DNA of 64,000 nucleotides from Chloropicon primus. Its lineage: Eukaryota. Positions 41,125 through 56,100 of the stretch are shown here, piece by piece (positions within the stretch are counted from its first letter, which is position 1; each line of letters opens with the position of its first letter). The DNA is taken from positions 1 to 64,000 of the forward strand of contig CP060772.1 of the NCBI GenBank assembly GCA_023205875.1. The letters are read 5' to 3'. The position numbers were made by a program, and so were the translations under genes. The notes below the pieces were generated by a model. That model was not told the origin of the DNA and ran no database searches. It was given only the letters and a program-made list of their open reading frames with translations.

Positions 41125-44100
41125 ATGTTTGCGAGAAGCATGATGAAAGCCAGCGCGGTGCTGGCTCTCCTCTTGTTCGTGGTTTCCACGATACAAGCGA
41201 CAGGTAGGTTTATTTTTTTTTTTCTTTTTTTTTTTATTGACACGAAGACTCTTCTTCGTTTCGTTTCAAGCCTTCGCGCATGTCAATGGAGTATACGTCT
41301 ACAATGTTTCGCCCCAGTCTGGACCGACTTCGGGAGGCACCAAGGTAAGTGTTCTTTGGCTTTGGACAAGAAGGAAAACCAAAAGTCTTTCCTTTCCTTT
41401 CCTTGCCTTGGAAAAGGAAGTTCCCTGCTCTTTTGTGTCTGTTGCTCTGCTGCGTTGGAGGATTCTTTTTGCTGACTGACTGACTTTTTTTTTTCGTTTT
41501 CCTTCCTCTGTCTCCGTCTCTGTCTTCTTACCCTCCTTACCCTCGTAACCCACCAGGTGACCCTGACGGTGAAAGGCGGAGCGTTGCCAGAGACGGATCA
41601 ATACTACTTTTGCAAGTTCGGGGATCAGCCAGTGATCGCCGAGCACTACACAATCGACGGAGGGGTTGGCACCTTTGTGTGCATCACTCCGGAGACTGCC
41701 ACAACCAAGCAGGTTGACGTGACCTTTAGTATCGATGGAGTCGCGTACACCAAACCCGCCAAGAAGCAGTTTGCTTTCCACAAACCTTTGGTTATGGAGA
41801 ATATCTCTCCTTCCGTGGGTAGCATTGGAGGCGGAACGAGCGTTCTCGTGAGCTTGGATGGCGAGGTTGTGAGCAGGAAGACCGACGGGGGTATCCTGAA
41901 GCCAACTTGTAACTTTGCTGGCATGAAGAGTAGGGGAACTCTGATCTCAAGCCCGGAGGGCTCGAGTATTTCCTGTACCGTGCCTTCGATTTACACGTTG
42001 GGCCACACCGACTTGTCCGTGTCCCTCAACGGAGTGGACTACTCGGAAAACACGGGCAACTTTACGATTGTGCTCACAGAAGAATACAATGACGTGGTGA
42101 CCAAGGTGACCACTCACGCCATGGCCGGCGACCCAGTCTTCCACGTGAATGGCACGTCGGAGACAGGGGAGTTCTATGGGTTCTTCGACATGAAGTTCTA
42201 CGACTTTTACGGTTTCTACGGCCCAAGCAAGGACGTGGCCTACATGGAGAGGACCAGTGAGGTCTGTATGGTGGCCGTGTCCCCGTCCGTGGGACCCAGC
42301 TCAGGAGGCACCGTTGTGACGGTCAAGCTGGCAGGAGTCATCCCAGAGGGACAGGAGACGTTCTTCTGCAAGTTCGGAGAGAAGGTCGTCCTGGCGGACT
42401 CCTTCTATTACACCGAGGAGCTCTCGCCTGCTATTGTGTGCACGGCTCCAGACTTCGGAAGCGGATCCGCCGCCGTGGAGTTGAAGATTTCCTTCGACGG
42501 AATCACCTACACCAAGTCGGGATCTGCCTTCTACTACCACGATGACATCAAGATCGATAACATCTTGCCAAGCATGGGAACCCACATGGGTGGCACCACT
42601 GTTGGTGTCAGGCTGGGAAAGAGCCCAATGCCTTCCTCCTTCGAGGTCGGCCTTACGACCGTTCCCGCGCTTTGCAAGTTCGACACCATGGAAGTCCAAG
42701 GGCAGTACGTGGTTACCAACGACGGACCTGCTGTGGTTTGCAAGACCCCCGGAGCCGACCTTGGAGTGGTGAACGTGAAGATTGCTTTGGATGGCCAGCA
42801 CTACTCTTCGGACTCTGTGGCCTTTACCTTCTCCCTGGACCCAGATGAGATCAACCCTGATCACAGGATGGAAGTCTCCAGGTACCTGGTCGAGGTCGAG
42901 GGAGAGATGACCGCGTTCAAGAACGAGTCTTTCTACTCGTACGACAGCGAGATGGGAGTCGGCGCTGGTGCAACCGAGGAGGCGAGGAGGGAGCTCAGCT
43001 TCTACGAGTTTTACGCGTTTTACGACTTGGGAGCCGTGCCATTCGAGGGCCAGAAGTACAAGGCCGGAGAGATCCAGAAGGTGTTTGACTACCTTCCTTT
43101 CTCCCCTGACTACTGTTTGTTCTTCAATGTGGGACCGGACACCAGTCTTGAGAAGCTTGAGATCGAGGGGGGAAGCCTTTTCCCTGCGTTCGATCCACAG
43201 ACCTTTGTGTACGTGACCTCGGTCGTCAAGGAGCAGACTTGCATGAACGTGACGGCGTTCCCTACCGACAAGAACGTGAGATCCGTGACCGTTGGCGGCC
43301 ACAAGATCGCGTTGGACAGCACCTCCCATTGCCTTCCTTTGGCCGTGGGCGAGAACCTGGTGGACGTCGTTGTTACCGGACAGGACGGTCAGACCACGAG
43401 GACCTACTCCATTGTTGCTGTGAGGCTCCAGGGAACCAAGTCTGGTCTGGAGGACCTCGTCGTCATGGATACCACCACGAACACGCCAATGGACACCTCG
43501 TTCTTCAACACTTCGATCTTGAACTACGTCGTGAACGTTGGCATTGACGTCAAGGAGGTGATCTTGACGCCAGTCCCACAGGACGTCGATGCCTTGGTGA
43601 CCGTCGTCGTGAACGGACAGGTCACGTACTTCGGAAACCAGGCCGTGAAGACTCCTTTGAGCGCCGGAAGCAACCTCTTCGAGGTTACGGTCGAGGCGGA
43701 GGACGGAGTCAAGAAGACTGTGTACACCTTTGACCTTCAGAGGGAGGGAACCGATCTTCTTTCCATGCAGATCTTCAGCGATGCCGCTGGTACCACTCCA
43801 ATTCCAGTCTCTCCGGGTTTCAACCCTGCGACGACTGTGTACACGGCCCAGGCCGGACCCATCGACGTCAAGTTCTTCATTAAGCTTGGACTCGCCCCGT
43901 CCGCCACCGCCGAGATCGCGTACGACATCGGAGCCACCAGCTTCAGCTGCGCCGGGGGGAACCAGGAGGGAGTGACCAAGAACATCAAGAACCTCGACCA
44001 GATCGAGTTCTGTAACCCTCCAGGTACGAACACGATGACGATCACCGTCAAGTACCAGTCGCTTTCGACCACTTACACGGTCTCCGTGAAGAGAACCTCG

Positions 44101-47100
44101 GCTGCTGCTCAGTTGCAGACCGTGGTCAACTCGGCGGGTAACTTCTACCCACCTTTTGACCCAAATGTCTACAGCTACGAGTTGGTCGTGAAGCACACCA
44201 CGAGTGCCTTCACCTTGACCCCAACTGTTGCGCCTGGCGCCAAGACCACCATGACCGTGTCTTACGGAGGATCCAGCTTCAGCCTTTCGAGTGGAACGGC
44301 GACCTCCACGATTGCCACGGATGCTTGCGGTCTGAACGACGTTGTCAAGATCGTCGTGACTGCTGAGGATGGCGTGTCAACGGTGACTTACACCATTCAG
44401 ACCGTCAAGCTTGCCGAGGGCATCCATTCTCAGCTCGCTAACTTCCTCATGGTGAACACCACCGCGGGTGCCGTGGTTCCTGTCTTCCAGCCAAGCACCG
44501 GAACTTACCTCGTGGACGTTCTCAGATCCCACAAGAACGGCAACGACCTTAGCGTTGGAACCGACCCTGTTGAGGTGACCTTCACGTGGAATGCCCCTCA
44601 GACTTACACCAGCTACGGCAACTTCAAGGGTTTCACCAAGAAGATTACCCTCGGAAACACTGTCGTGGACTTTGCGGACAGCAACACCGTCATCACCCCA
44701 TTCAGCGCTTCTGTGATTCACGACGATGCTACTGGAGCTTTGACTGCGGCCAGCTTGACCAAGTCATACGCCATTGTCAAGGGACAGAGGAACGAGGTGG
44801 AGATGCTGGTCGAGTCCTGTGATGGAAGGACCAACACCACGTACTCGTTCGACATTTTCAGGGGTATGGGAAGCGTCGCTGACATGTGCAACCTGGTCCC
44901 ATCCGCGGGTGCCTTTGACACCGCGTTCGACAAGGCCGACACCTTGTACAAGATCAACGTCGCGGGAGATGCCTCCAGCGTTGGGTTCACTCCAACCAAG
45001 TGCGACTCTTTCGCCAAGATCGAGGCTGGAGCCTGCGCTTCCTCTAACAGGGTTCCATGGACCAGCGGGCAGTTGTACACCAAGGCCTTGAGCACCGACT
45101 TCACTCAGGAGCAGATTTCCACCGCGGAGTTCTGCGTGACTTCTGAGAACGGCTTGGTGAAGAAGACCTACAGTGTCACCATCACCAGGCCTCTCAGCTC
45201 TGAGGCTCTTCTCAAGTCCTTGTCTGTCAGCCTCGTCAAGTGGGACGGATCTGAGACCACCACTGCTTACACGAGCACTCCGACTCCAATCGCCAAGACC
45301 GCGGCGATCTCCGGAACGTTCGAGGATGCCTACTTCCATGTGAAGGCCACGGCGACTATTGCCACCGCGGTCTTGACCATGGAGTACGCCGGCGTGACCT
45401 ACAACCTCGTCGGAGGTGCGAACAGTGCCGTTGTTCCAGGAGCCGCGGGATGCGTTGCCCCAAGCTTGTACTATTGCGATGACGGCATCAACACCATGTG
45501 CCCTGAGATGAACTTTGGGGCCAACGTGGTTACCGTGAAGGTGACCTCGCAGGACGGTGTCAACTCGGCCTCCTATGTGCTGACCCTCACCCGTCCGGCG
45601 ATCACTTATGCGTCCGCCATCGACAACGTGTTTTTGATGGGTCATCCTATCTTGGGCCTGACCGAGCTCACCGCCGCGAGTGGCCTGACTGAGAGCACCA
45701 TCACCACCAACTTCGCTGCCATTGGTCTGCAGACCGCCGCGGTCAGCAAGTACGGAGCTTTCGTCTCCCAGGAGCAGATTTACACCGCTTTGGCGGGACT
45801 GAGCCAGCTTCCAGCCGCGCCGACGAACGCGGACGCCAGGTTCAGGGCCGTGGCTTCTCCACGTGTCCAATTCTTGAACGACATTGCGGACAAGATGGTT
45901 GCCGCGAACACTTTGGTCGACAGGGTCTCCTCTGGTTACACCTTTGGAGCCGCCTCTACGACTACTCTTGGAACCACGGCGGCCGACTCCTCCCCGAGGG
46001 TGTACGTCCAGCCGCTGTTCAAGAACCCATACCAGTCCATCAAGGTGGAGGGCGTGTCCGTCAGCCCAGGTTGTGGTCTGAGCCTTGAGGCCGACTTCGG
46101 TGCCAACGACTACAAGGTCGAGGTCTTTGACGCCAGTTTGACCGAGTTGAGCCAGTACAACGTCACTGTGAACAGGCCATACTTGCCAGAGGCTCTCTTG
46201 CAGAGCTACGTCTCCACGATTGCTCTTGACCAGACCTTTGTGGACACCACGTTCACTTACAGCACTACGGTCGCTGATACCGAGGATGAGGTGACCTTGT
46301 CCTTCAACAAGTACGACGCTACCTCCTCTGTGAAGGCCATGCTGTACTACGACGGTGTCTTGCAGTCGACCGTGCTCGCTACCAGTGCCACCAAGTTCGC
46401 TCTCTCCCCATTCGGACAGACGACTGTTGTTGCGCTGGTGCAGACCGCTGATGGAACCGACGGAGGAATGTATTCCTTCGCCTTCAACAAGTTCCCAACC
46501 ATTCTCAAGTCGCTGACCGCGACTCTTGCTGATGCTACGCCAGTTGCCTTCACTCCAGCCTTCGTGGACCCATCCACTACCGCTGTCCAGACCGTGCAGA
46601 CCTCCTATGTTGTCTCTGAGCTCACCGTGGCCTCGATCCTGGTGAGCGCCACGCCTTTGGACGCCGCCGCCACCGTAGCGGTCAAGGTTGGAACCACCGC
46701 GCTGACCGCCGTCAACGGGGCTTACACCGTGGACTTGGCCGCCGACGAAGTGGTTGTCACCGTGACCGTGACCGGATCCGATGGTGTTGCCGTCAGAGTC
46801 TATACTTTGACTGTCACCAAGGAGCTCAAGAACGCCGCTGCTGCTCAGTCTTACGTCGCCTTCACTGAGAAGGGACTTAGCACCACCTTTGGCGCTGGAA
46901 CGGCTTACATCCCAGTGAGGGGTAAGACCGCGGGAGGCAAGGATGCTTTGACTGGAAACTTCACTTGTAAGGTGACCGGAGATGCGACCACCTTTGACCA
47001 GACTTTCAACTCCGTGTTCATGTCTGCTGGAAACTTCGAGGTTCCCCTCAAGACCGCAACTATCGCTGGAACTTACAGCTATACTTGTTCCTTGGGAGGC

Positions 47101-50100
47101 GTTGCCATCGGCCAGAGCACTGGCAAGATCACCATCATCGGAGGGACCTTGGGCTCCAAGTCCATCCTGTCTCTCGTCTCTACGCAGGCGGTTAGAGGCT
47201 CGGTCGTTGAGTTCAAGATCAGGACCAAGGATGACTACGGTAACAACGTCGACACTGTTGTGCAGTCCACTCAGTTCACTGTGACCGTGACCCAGGTTGA
47301 CGGAGGAGTCGCCATGGCGACCGCCTTCAACACCACCCAGACTGCTGGCGGTGCCATCAACTGGCACTTCACTCCAACCCTTGCCTACAGTGGCATGTAC
47401 AAGGTCACGATCACTGTGCTCGTTGGCGGGCTTGACACTGAGATCATCGGGTCCGGCTTCTTGCTCGGCACCACGATCCCAGTGACGGCTGCTTCCGGAT
47501 GGCAGGTGGTATACTCCCCTGCCTACCTTGCTGGGGGCGGGCAGAACGTCGTTGTCCAGCCTAAGGCTGGAGTCGTGGCGGTCAAGGAGCAGGTGATTCT
47601 TGCGAGCATGACTGGTGTCACCAGAAACAACGCTGCTTTCACCAAGACTTTCAGTTGCGCCGGCAGGGCCACTGTTCAGTGCACGATTCCTTTGGGCTTG
47701 ACCGTGACCGGTAACTACACTCTGACCGTGAAGATCGGAGAGGCCTTGGTTGGAGACCAGACCTACGGCATCAAGGTGACCGGAGGTGCCCCTGATTTGA
47801 CCAAGACCCTCTTGGTGTTCCCAACGACTGCCAACGCTGGCACGCCATTTGATGTGAAGATGAGCCTTGTTGACTTGTACGACAACCCAGCTGCCTCGAG
47901 CTTGATCGACGCCACCCAGATCAGCGTCGCTTTCACTCAGGGCGCTTCCACGGTTGTTCCTACCGCTGTCGCTTCATCTTGTTACTTCTACAACTGCGAG
48001 TACGTCGTCACCAGCAAGTTGACTGTCTTCGGACCATGGAAGGCTCAGGCCTCTTACACGGGTTCTCCTGTGGGCGTTTCGAAGACCATCAACGTCGTTG
48101 CCGGCGCTGCTGTGGCTTCCAAGACCTCTGTGACCATTTTGCAGCCAACCCTTACCGCTGGTTTGCCTCTGGCCCTCACCGCGGTGCCAAAGGATGGATT
48201 TGGTAACACCATCAAGGTGACCGACCTCCCAGCCGAGGACCAGGTGTTCGAGGCCGTGATCTTGTCGGACGTTCTCGCCAAGACGACCACCTTTGCCGTC
48301 TCCGGAGACGTTTTCACCGCGAACCTCGTGATCACCAAGATCGGAACCTTCAACGTCATCTTCAAGCTCGGAGGCTCGACTGCTTTCCAGTACGCGATCG
48401 CTGTCACCGTTGGAGCTGTTGACCCAACCAAGACCAAGGTTGCTCCTCCTACGACCTCGGTCGCGGGTGTGGAGACCGGTTTCACCGTCTCGTTCGCTGA
48501 TGCGTTCGAGAACGCGATCGTTCCTGATCTGAGCGTCATCTCCTTCGCTGGTTCCACCATCACCAAGAGGGCCGTCGCGGGAGAGGGAACCGTGAGTTCT
48601 CCCTTCGTTCCTGCAGTCGCCACAACGACTTCTGGAGCGTACATGAAGTTCGTGCCTTTCGTCAGCGGATCGTACCAGTTGAACCTGCAGGTTGATGGTG
48701 TTGCTGTTCCAAATACCGACTTTATGACTGTGCAGCCGGGCAGCCCAAGTGCCGACCTTTCTGTAGTCAGCGGTAACGTTCTTGGTGCCACCGCCGGCGT
48801 CGCTGAGACTGCCTTCGTGACTGTTCTGGATTCCTTCAGTAACACTCACGTCACTGGTCTTCTCGACGTCCAGGCTCTGATTCAGCTTACCCCTGCTAGC
48901 GGAGTCCCAACCGTGATCCCAGCAACGAGCGCTTGGGATGCCGCCACCAAGTCTTACAAGGTCAGCTACACTGCCAACGCGATCGGTTCCTTGCTTGTTT
49001 CCGTTTCTGTGGAGGGCGTTTTCCTGAAGAAGGGATTGACGACCGTGGTGACCCCTGGTCCAATCAGCGCCCTCACCTCTGCCGTTTCTGGTGACATCGT
49101 GATCGTCAAGGGTCAGACCGGAACTCTGAAGGTCTCCGCCAAGGATGCCTTCGGCAACGTCTTGACGACTGGTGGTGCTCCTTTGGCTGCACAGAAGGTC
49201 ATGGCGACCGGTGATCCTGCGGACCACTTGGCCGCGGTCTTCGTGACGGACAACCTGGATGGTACTTACAGCATCCCTTACACGTTTGCCCAGGCCGGTA
49301 CCGGTAAGGTCAAGATCTCTTTGGTCGACTTGGCCACGGGAACAGAGACCGAGCTCACCGAGTCTCCTTCCATCGAGATCAAGGCCTCCTCGGGCGTCTT
49401 CAGCCTCACCGGCTCGACCCTCGTCGCCGGAGCCACGGCTTCCACGACCGCCGATAAGACTGGATCTGTCGTGGTCACCGCTAGGGACGACCAGGGCGTT
49501 GCCATGGGAGCTGGTGGACTTCAGTGGTCCATGCAGGCCGTGGACAGCATCACGAGCGTGGCTCTTCCAAAGAGCGCTTTCACGTACTCCTTCGTGGATG
49601 CCGGAACCGGTGAGTATACCTTCACCTTCGCGATCAACGAGGCGGGAACCTACACCGTGACTGTTGCGAACACCCCAACGTTCGACACCACCTTCACCGC
49701 TGAGCAGGTTCTTGGCACCTTCTCCAGCACCATTACAGCTGGAGCTGCGTTTGCTCAGAACACCTTGTTCGACGCCGCGGGATCCGGATACACGGGACCC
49801 GTCGTCCTTGACGCTGGCGTGTCGGCCACTTTCCACTTCGACTTGTACGATCAGAACAACAACAAGTTGGGCTTGGCCGCGACTGAGCAGGCTCTTGCTG
49901 GAATCACCGCTAACTTCATGCAGGCTGGCGTCAAGACTCCATTGGCCGTGTCCTTTGTGACCGGCGTTGGTGCTGTTGCCACTGGGCATTCCACCTTCGC
50001 TGTCGTGGGAGACGTCCACGTCTCTGTCAACGACGTGAGCAAGAGCATCGTGGCTTTTGATGTCAACCCAGGAGCAGTCTCCACCATGTTGGTCTTCGAC

Positions 50101-53100
50101 ACCTCCCCTGTCAAGACCGCTGGTCAGGTGTACGACTACGAGGTCACCCTCTTTGACATTCACCAGAACGTCATCAGCGGAGGCTTGAACGGCGAGATCA
50201 CTGGTTGCACTGTCACTGCCACCTCCGGGGCCACTGTGGTCCCAATGACTTGTGATTTTGGAGCTTCGACCACCATGGACTCCCTTAAAGTGTCTACCCC
50301 CGCGCCTGCGGGTCTGACCAAGGCCGGAAACTATGTCGTGTCCTACTCGTTTGTGCAGAAGGGCCAGAGTACCCCTGCTACCCAGACGTCTGCCATGACT
50401 ATTACTCCTGCGGAGGCAAGTTCCACCACTTCCGTCCTTGACGGCGTCCTTGAGAAGAAGATCACGGCTGGCCAGCAGAGCTTCTACACCCTGACCTTGA
50501 GCGATGCTTTCGGTAACTTCCTGAATGAGACCACCGGAACTTCCGAGGCTGTGACTGTGGACTCCACAATCACTGTTGGCCTGAGCGTTGGGTCGGTCAC
50601 GACGATCTTGACCCCAATCCTCATCAGCCCGGGTGTGTACCAGATTCCTTTCGGTAACGCCGAGAGTTTGATCGCGGAGCCAACTGCGGTGACCATCACT
50701 GTGGCTTTGAACCAGGTGCCTTTGGCCGGATCGCCATTCACCGTGCCTATCGAGAACATCTTGCCAGCCGCGACCAGCACCGAGGCCTCTATCGTGAGGA
50801 ATGGTGCCCAGAACGTCATGGCTTGCGCCGCGGGCACCGCGGAGGCTTCCTGCGCGCCACACATGAGCGTCGTCGCCGGAACGACCGGCTCCGTTCAGCT
50901 CTTTGCGTACAACACCCTCGGAATTCCGCAGGTCTTCAAGCAGGAGGTTGTTGGCGCCAGCGCCAGAATCGTTGCCAAGGCTGGACAGACCGTCGATGCC
51001 GGTGACACTGGCTTGACTTCTGAGCCAACTGTGACCTATCAGACCGGAAAGGGAATCTACGACGTCTCTTTCAGCGCCAACCAGTTCATGGACGCTGGCG
51101 AGGAGATCTTGTACGCCGTCGACATGATCATGGACGCAGGAAACGGCTTCAAGCCTGTTTTCACTGTGTACTTCACGGTCCAGCCAACGTCCGCCTTGCC
51201 AGCCGCGACCAAGATCGTTGCTACCTTGTCCAAGATCAGCGACTACACCGCTTTGACCAGCAGGTACCTGTTCGCGCACAACCAGATCAACACCAACGAC
51301 AAGTACGGAAACCAGGCCATCTATGACCCTGCCAACCCTATCTTGATCACGGCTACTGCTGTGGGACCAGCAGCTTCGGCGATCTACATCGAGCCTTTGT
51401 TGAATGCCGCTGGTGCGATGAGCGGACAGTACATCCTTGGCGTGGGAACCGCGACCGCGGGAACCTACTTCATTACCATCAGCATCAATGGAGTCGACTT
51501 GGAATCCTACTCCGTCACCATTGAGGCCGGTGCCTTGGACCCTGCTTCCCTGTCCTTGACGAGCACGAACTCTGTTGCTGGAGTTGCCAACACGGGAAAG
51601 ATTACTGGTATGGACGCCTTTGGAAACCAGCTCGGCACTGCTGCCTTGACCGCTGCCTTGACCGACGCCACCGTCACCTACACGATGGCTCTTCTCGGTG
51701 CGGACGGTATTCCTTACACTAGCGCCCAGATGGCCACTTTCCTCGTAGGAGCCGTCACGAAGCCTACCGCCATTGACTTCTCGTACACTCCAAAGCTTGC
51801 TGGCTCCTTGGAGATCACCGCAACCGTCACTTTGGGCGCGACGACTGTCATGTCCTTCAAGAAGTTCACCGTCGCCGCCGGCGAGGTTGACGTTGCCTCG
51901 AGCGTTGTCGCTGGACCTGCCTTGGCCGGTTTCGTTGAGGATAAGGCGACTTACTTCACCGTGACCCTCAAGGATTCCTTGGGCAACGTCAAGACCGGCG
52001 ACTGTGCCAAGGTGACCGCCACCATTTCCGATGCCACGACCTTGCAGTCCTTCACCGGAATGACCGTCACCGAGGCCGTCGGATCCTGCGTGGTTGCGTT
52101 CACCCTTCCAAGCGGAACGTACAACATGGCGGCCCTCTACAACGGAGCGACTATCAAGAGCTTCTCCTCGGCCGCAGTCGTTGTTGTGGGTGACCCTGAC
52201 CTTGCCAGCACCCTTGTTGCTGGGCTTGGGTACGGAGACATCACCGTGGAGGCTGGATCTGAGCAGACCTTTACTGTGTCTTTGGTCGCTGCCAACGGCC
52301 TCCTCGTTCCAGAGTCTCAGGGAGCTACTTATGTCCAGGCCACCATCGTCGATGCGGGCGGCGCCCCAGCCGGCGCTGCCGCGGTGACCGACAAGCTGAA
52401 CGGAGAGTACACCGTCGCTTACACCATCAACGGGTCCGGAACGTACAAGTTGTCCTTGCTCGTTGGAGGCGCCTTGTTCTCCACCCAGAAGAGCGTTCTC
52501 GTCAAGTCCACGGTGACGGCTGCCCAGAACGTGACCGCAACCGTCCCAGCGGTGGCCACCGCTGGTGACGTCAAGATCGACGTGGCCGTCTTGGATAAGT
52601 TTGGAAACAAGCAGACGTACGAGCTTTATGAGGTGGACGACATGCAGATCAGCGTCAAGGAGGTCTTCCTCGCCGTCCCAATCACCGATGTCGTGAACGG
52701 CGCCGGGCAGGCTGAGGTCACCTTGACCAAGGCTGGGTTCTATACCGTGGAGTTCTTCTTTGGTACCACCCTTGTCTCTTCCAACAAGATTCAGGTCGTC
52801 GCCGGAGAGGCCTCTGTGCCGAACTCTGTTGTGTACGGCGAGGGGCTCTCCGCCGCCAAGGCTGGCGTCGAGTCCACTTTCTTCATCGAGATTGCCGACG
52901 AGTTCCAGAACACGATCACGGACTTGACCATCGCCAACGACTTTGTGAACGATGCCACGGCAACCATGATCAAGGTCGGAAACGCCACCACGACCGTGCC
53001 TGTTGATTTGGAGATGTCTTTGGTGCAGGGTGCCGTGAAGGCCACCTACACCATCACCGGAACCGGGGACTACTACTTGAGCATTGTTGTGGTGGACGAG

Positions 53101-56100
53101 TCCACCGAGCCTGCGACCTCCACGACTTACACCTCCTTTGCCGGATACGTGAGCACGACTGTCTCCGCTGGTGTGGCAACCGCCAACACTATCACCGTGG
53201 GCCAGCTTCCAACCACTGGCGTCTTCGCTGGAGATGTTTCCTTCCAGATCCTTCTCGAGGATCAGTACGGCAACCCGATCACCACCGATCAGCTGCTGAA
53301 CTTCTTCATCGTTGCTAGGGGCACGGGATCGAACTTGGGCGAGGTCACCATCGCCGCTCCTGGTGCCGTCGTTTGGGCCGGAGACAAGTATGTGGTTAAC
53401 ATGCCAATCACCGCCTCGGGTACTTACAACTTGGAAGTGTCTCGTGGAGCTGATGCCATCAAGGGCTCTCCTTACGCCCTGACGGTGAACCCCGCTCCGG
53501 TCGACCCAGCCGCCACCTTGGTGGAGGGAGGCGTCTTGTCCGGACTTGCCGATTTCACTGCCGGCGATGCCGTCAGCATCAAGGCTACGCCTAGGGACCA
53601 GTTCAACAACACCGTGCCCCTTGGCGCCGGGGAGACCATCACTGCCGAGTACAGGTACGGAACCGGGGAGATTGTCAAGGTCAACGGCGTGGCCCAGACC
53701 GACAACAGCGTGCTGTTCAGCGGTTACAGCGTGACCAAGGCGGCCGAGGGCGTCGAGGTCGTGGTCCTGTTCAGCGACGGAGTCGAGACGACTGCGGCCG
53801 CCCAGGTGTCCATCACTGTCGCCCCGGGTCCCCTGGACGCTGCCAAGACTGATGTGCAGTTGAGTGGAACCACTGGGGCCAACTTGACCATTGCCGGCCA
53901 GACGGTCAGCGTCTTGGTCTACCCAGCGGACGTCCACGGCAACCCCATTGCTGTCACCGACGCCACTGCCTTCGCATCGACTCTTGCTCCAAGCGATGTC
54001 AGTGTCACGGCCACCGTTACCGAGACCCCATTTGCTGTCTCTACCAGCGGAGTGGTGTTGTCCAAGACTCTTACTTCGACGGTCGCTGCGGACTACGTGG
54101 GAGATGTGACCTACAAGGCGTCCGCCACCGCGACTCCTGTGAGTTTGATCGCCGGAGGCTTGAAGCTCACCGTCGAAGCTGGTGATGCTGTGATGTCGAA
54201 GACCACGGTCTCTGGCCCTGTCGCCATGACTGCCGGTGCGCCAGCCTCTTTCAGCATGACTTTCTTTGACACCCACGGAAACCAGGTCTCCAAGGCGCAG
54301 CCTTTCATGGACGCCGCGACCCTCGCCTTGCCCGTCAAGGTCGGAGTGAACTCCTTCAACGCCAACGTCTTGTCCAGGTCGTTCAACGGTGTCACGAAGA
54401 AGTATGTCGTCACCGGGGAGACCACCAAGGCCGGAGTCTTGACCTTCCAGTTCTCCGTGGACGGCGCCTTGGTCTACGAGACTGGTTCCACTCCTTACAC
54501 CTTTGTCGTGAACCCAACCGCGTTTGACGCGACCACGACCACCGTGTTTGGTTTAGATGCCTTGTCCCCTGGATCTAGCGAGGTCTTCTTCATTGAGCCC
54601 AGGGATTCCTTCTCGAACGTCCTTACCTCCGTGACCGGTGCGTTCACCGTCACGAGCATCGACAGCATCGTGCCAACCGTGACCTTGAACCCGGCCAGCG
54701 GTCTGTACGAGGCCAGGTTCACCGCCGGAACCGCCGAGTCCCTTGGACTCTCCGGAGCCGTCACCGAGAGCACGTTGGCCTTTGAGGTTGCTTACGACGG
54801 AGTCGTCTTCAAGACTTTGTCCACCAAGACTTTCTTCGCCGCGGGAACAATCTCCGCGGAGAAGTCCCTCATGGTCAGCCAAGACACTGGAGTCGCCTTG
54901 GCCGTGGCCCCAGCCACCGAGAAGGGATTCTCCACCGACGCTCCTGTCAAGTTCGTCGCCGTGTTCAAGGATACCAACAACATTGCCAAGCCTCTGACGA
55001 CCGCTGAGCTCAGCAACGTCAGGGCCAGTGTCGTGCCATCCGCTGTGCCGACCTTGGCCTTGACCGCTGAGGGTGCCGTGTCCGTCTCGTTCACCGCGCA
55101 GAGTGCCGCTGACTACGCCGTCCAGGTCTTCTACAACGATGTTGCGATCCAGGGAGGCGCCAGGGCCGGTTTCGCGGTCTCTGCGGGTCCCGCCGCTGCC
55201 GAGAAGACCTTTGTGTCCGTGGACACCGTCAACAAGATGACGGCCACTGACACTGCCGCCGCCTCTGCCGTCTCCGCCGGAGTCAAGAACACCTTGTACG
55301 TCGTGGCCAAGGATGCGTTCGGGAACATCCAGGACGCTTCCTCTGCGAGGGCGAACATTGTTGCCACCTTCACCGGCACAGGAGGTGTCGTCGCGACTCC
55401 ACCTCCTGCGGTCTCCGTCAAGGACGTTTCCCTTGACGGGGAGGGTGTGTACCACGTCTACAACGTCGAGTACAGCGCCAACGTTGCCGGTCAGTACAAC
55501 CTTGACATCTCTCTCGGTGCTGCCAGCCTTGCGAAGCTTCAAGTCGTGGTGGCCCCTGGCGTCTTTGCGGCCGCCAAGACCGTGCTCGAGCCTGTGAGTG
55601 ACACTGCCACGGTTGGTTTCCCGATCAACTTCAACTTGGGAGCCGTCGATCTTTACGGCAACGCCAAGGCGTCTGCGGATATCTCCTTCAACATGGTCTT
55701 CACCAAGACTGTTGGCGCCCAAGTCACCACGGTCACCGCGACGGGTGCGCTCAAGACCACCGTGACGGATGCCTTCACCCATACCGGTGCTGTGACTTTC
55801 ACGGAGAGCGGAAAGTACTTGCTCGACGTGACTTCCGGTGGACAGGCCGTGATCAACGCCTTGGAGGTTGACATTGACGCCGGTCCAGTGGTGCAGGCCA
55901 AGTCCACCATCACTGGTGTCGACGGTGTCGAGGCTGGTGCCGCCTCCGTCTTGACCATTGTGCCAAGGGACGCGAACGGTAACCTCAACTTGGCTGACTT
56001 GCCAGTGGTCGCCTTCGCTCCTGCTTCTGGGGACTACAAGGCGAAGGTAACTGCTGACGCCGCCAAGGTCACTGTTGCTTACACTCCACCTGTGTTCGGA

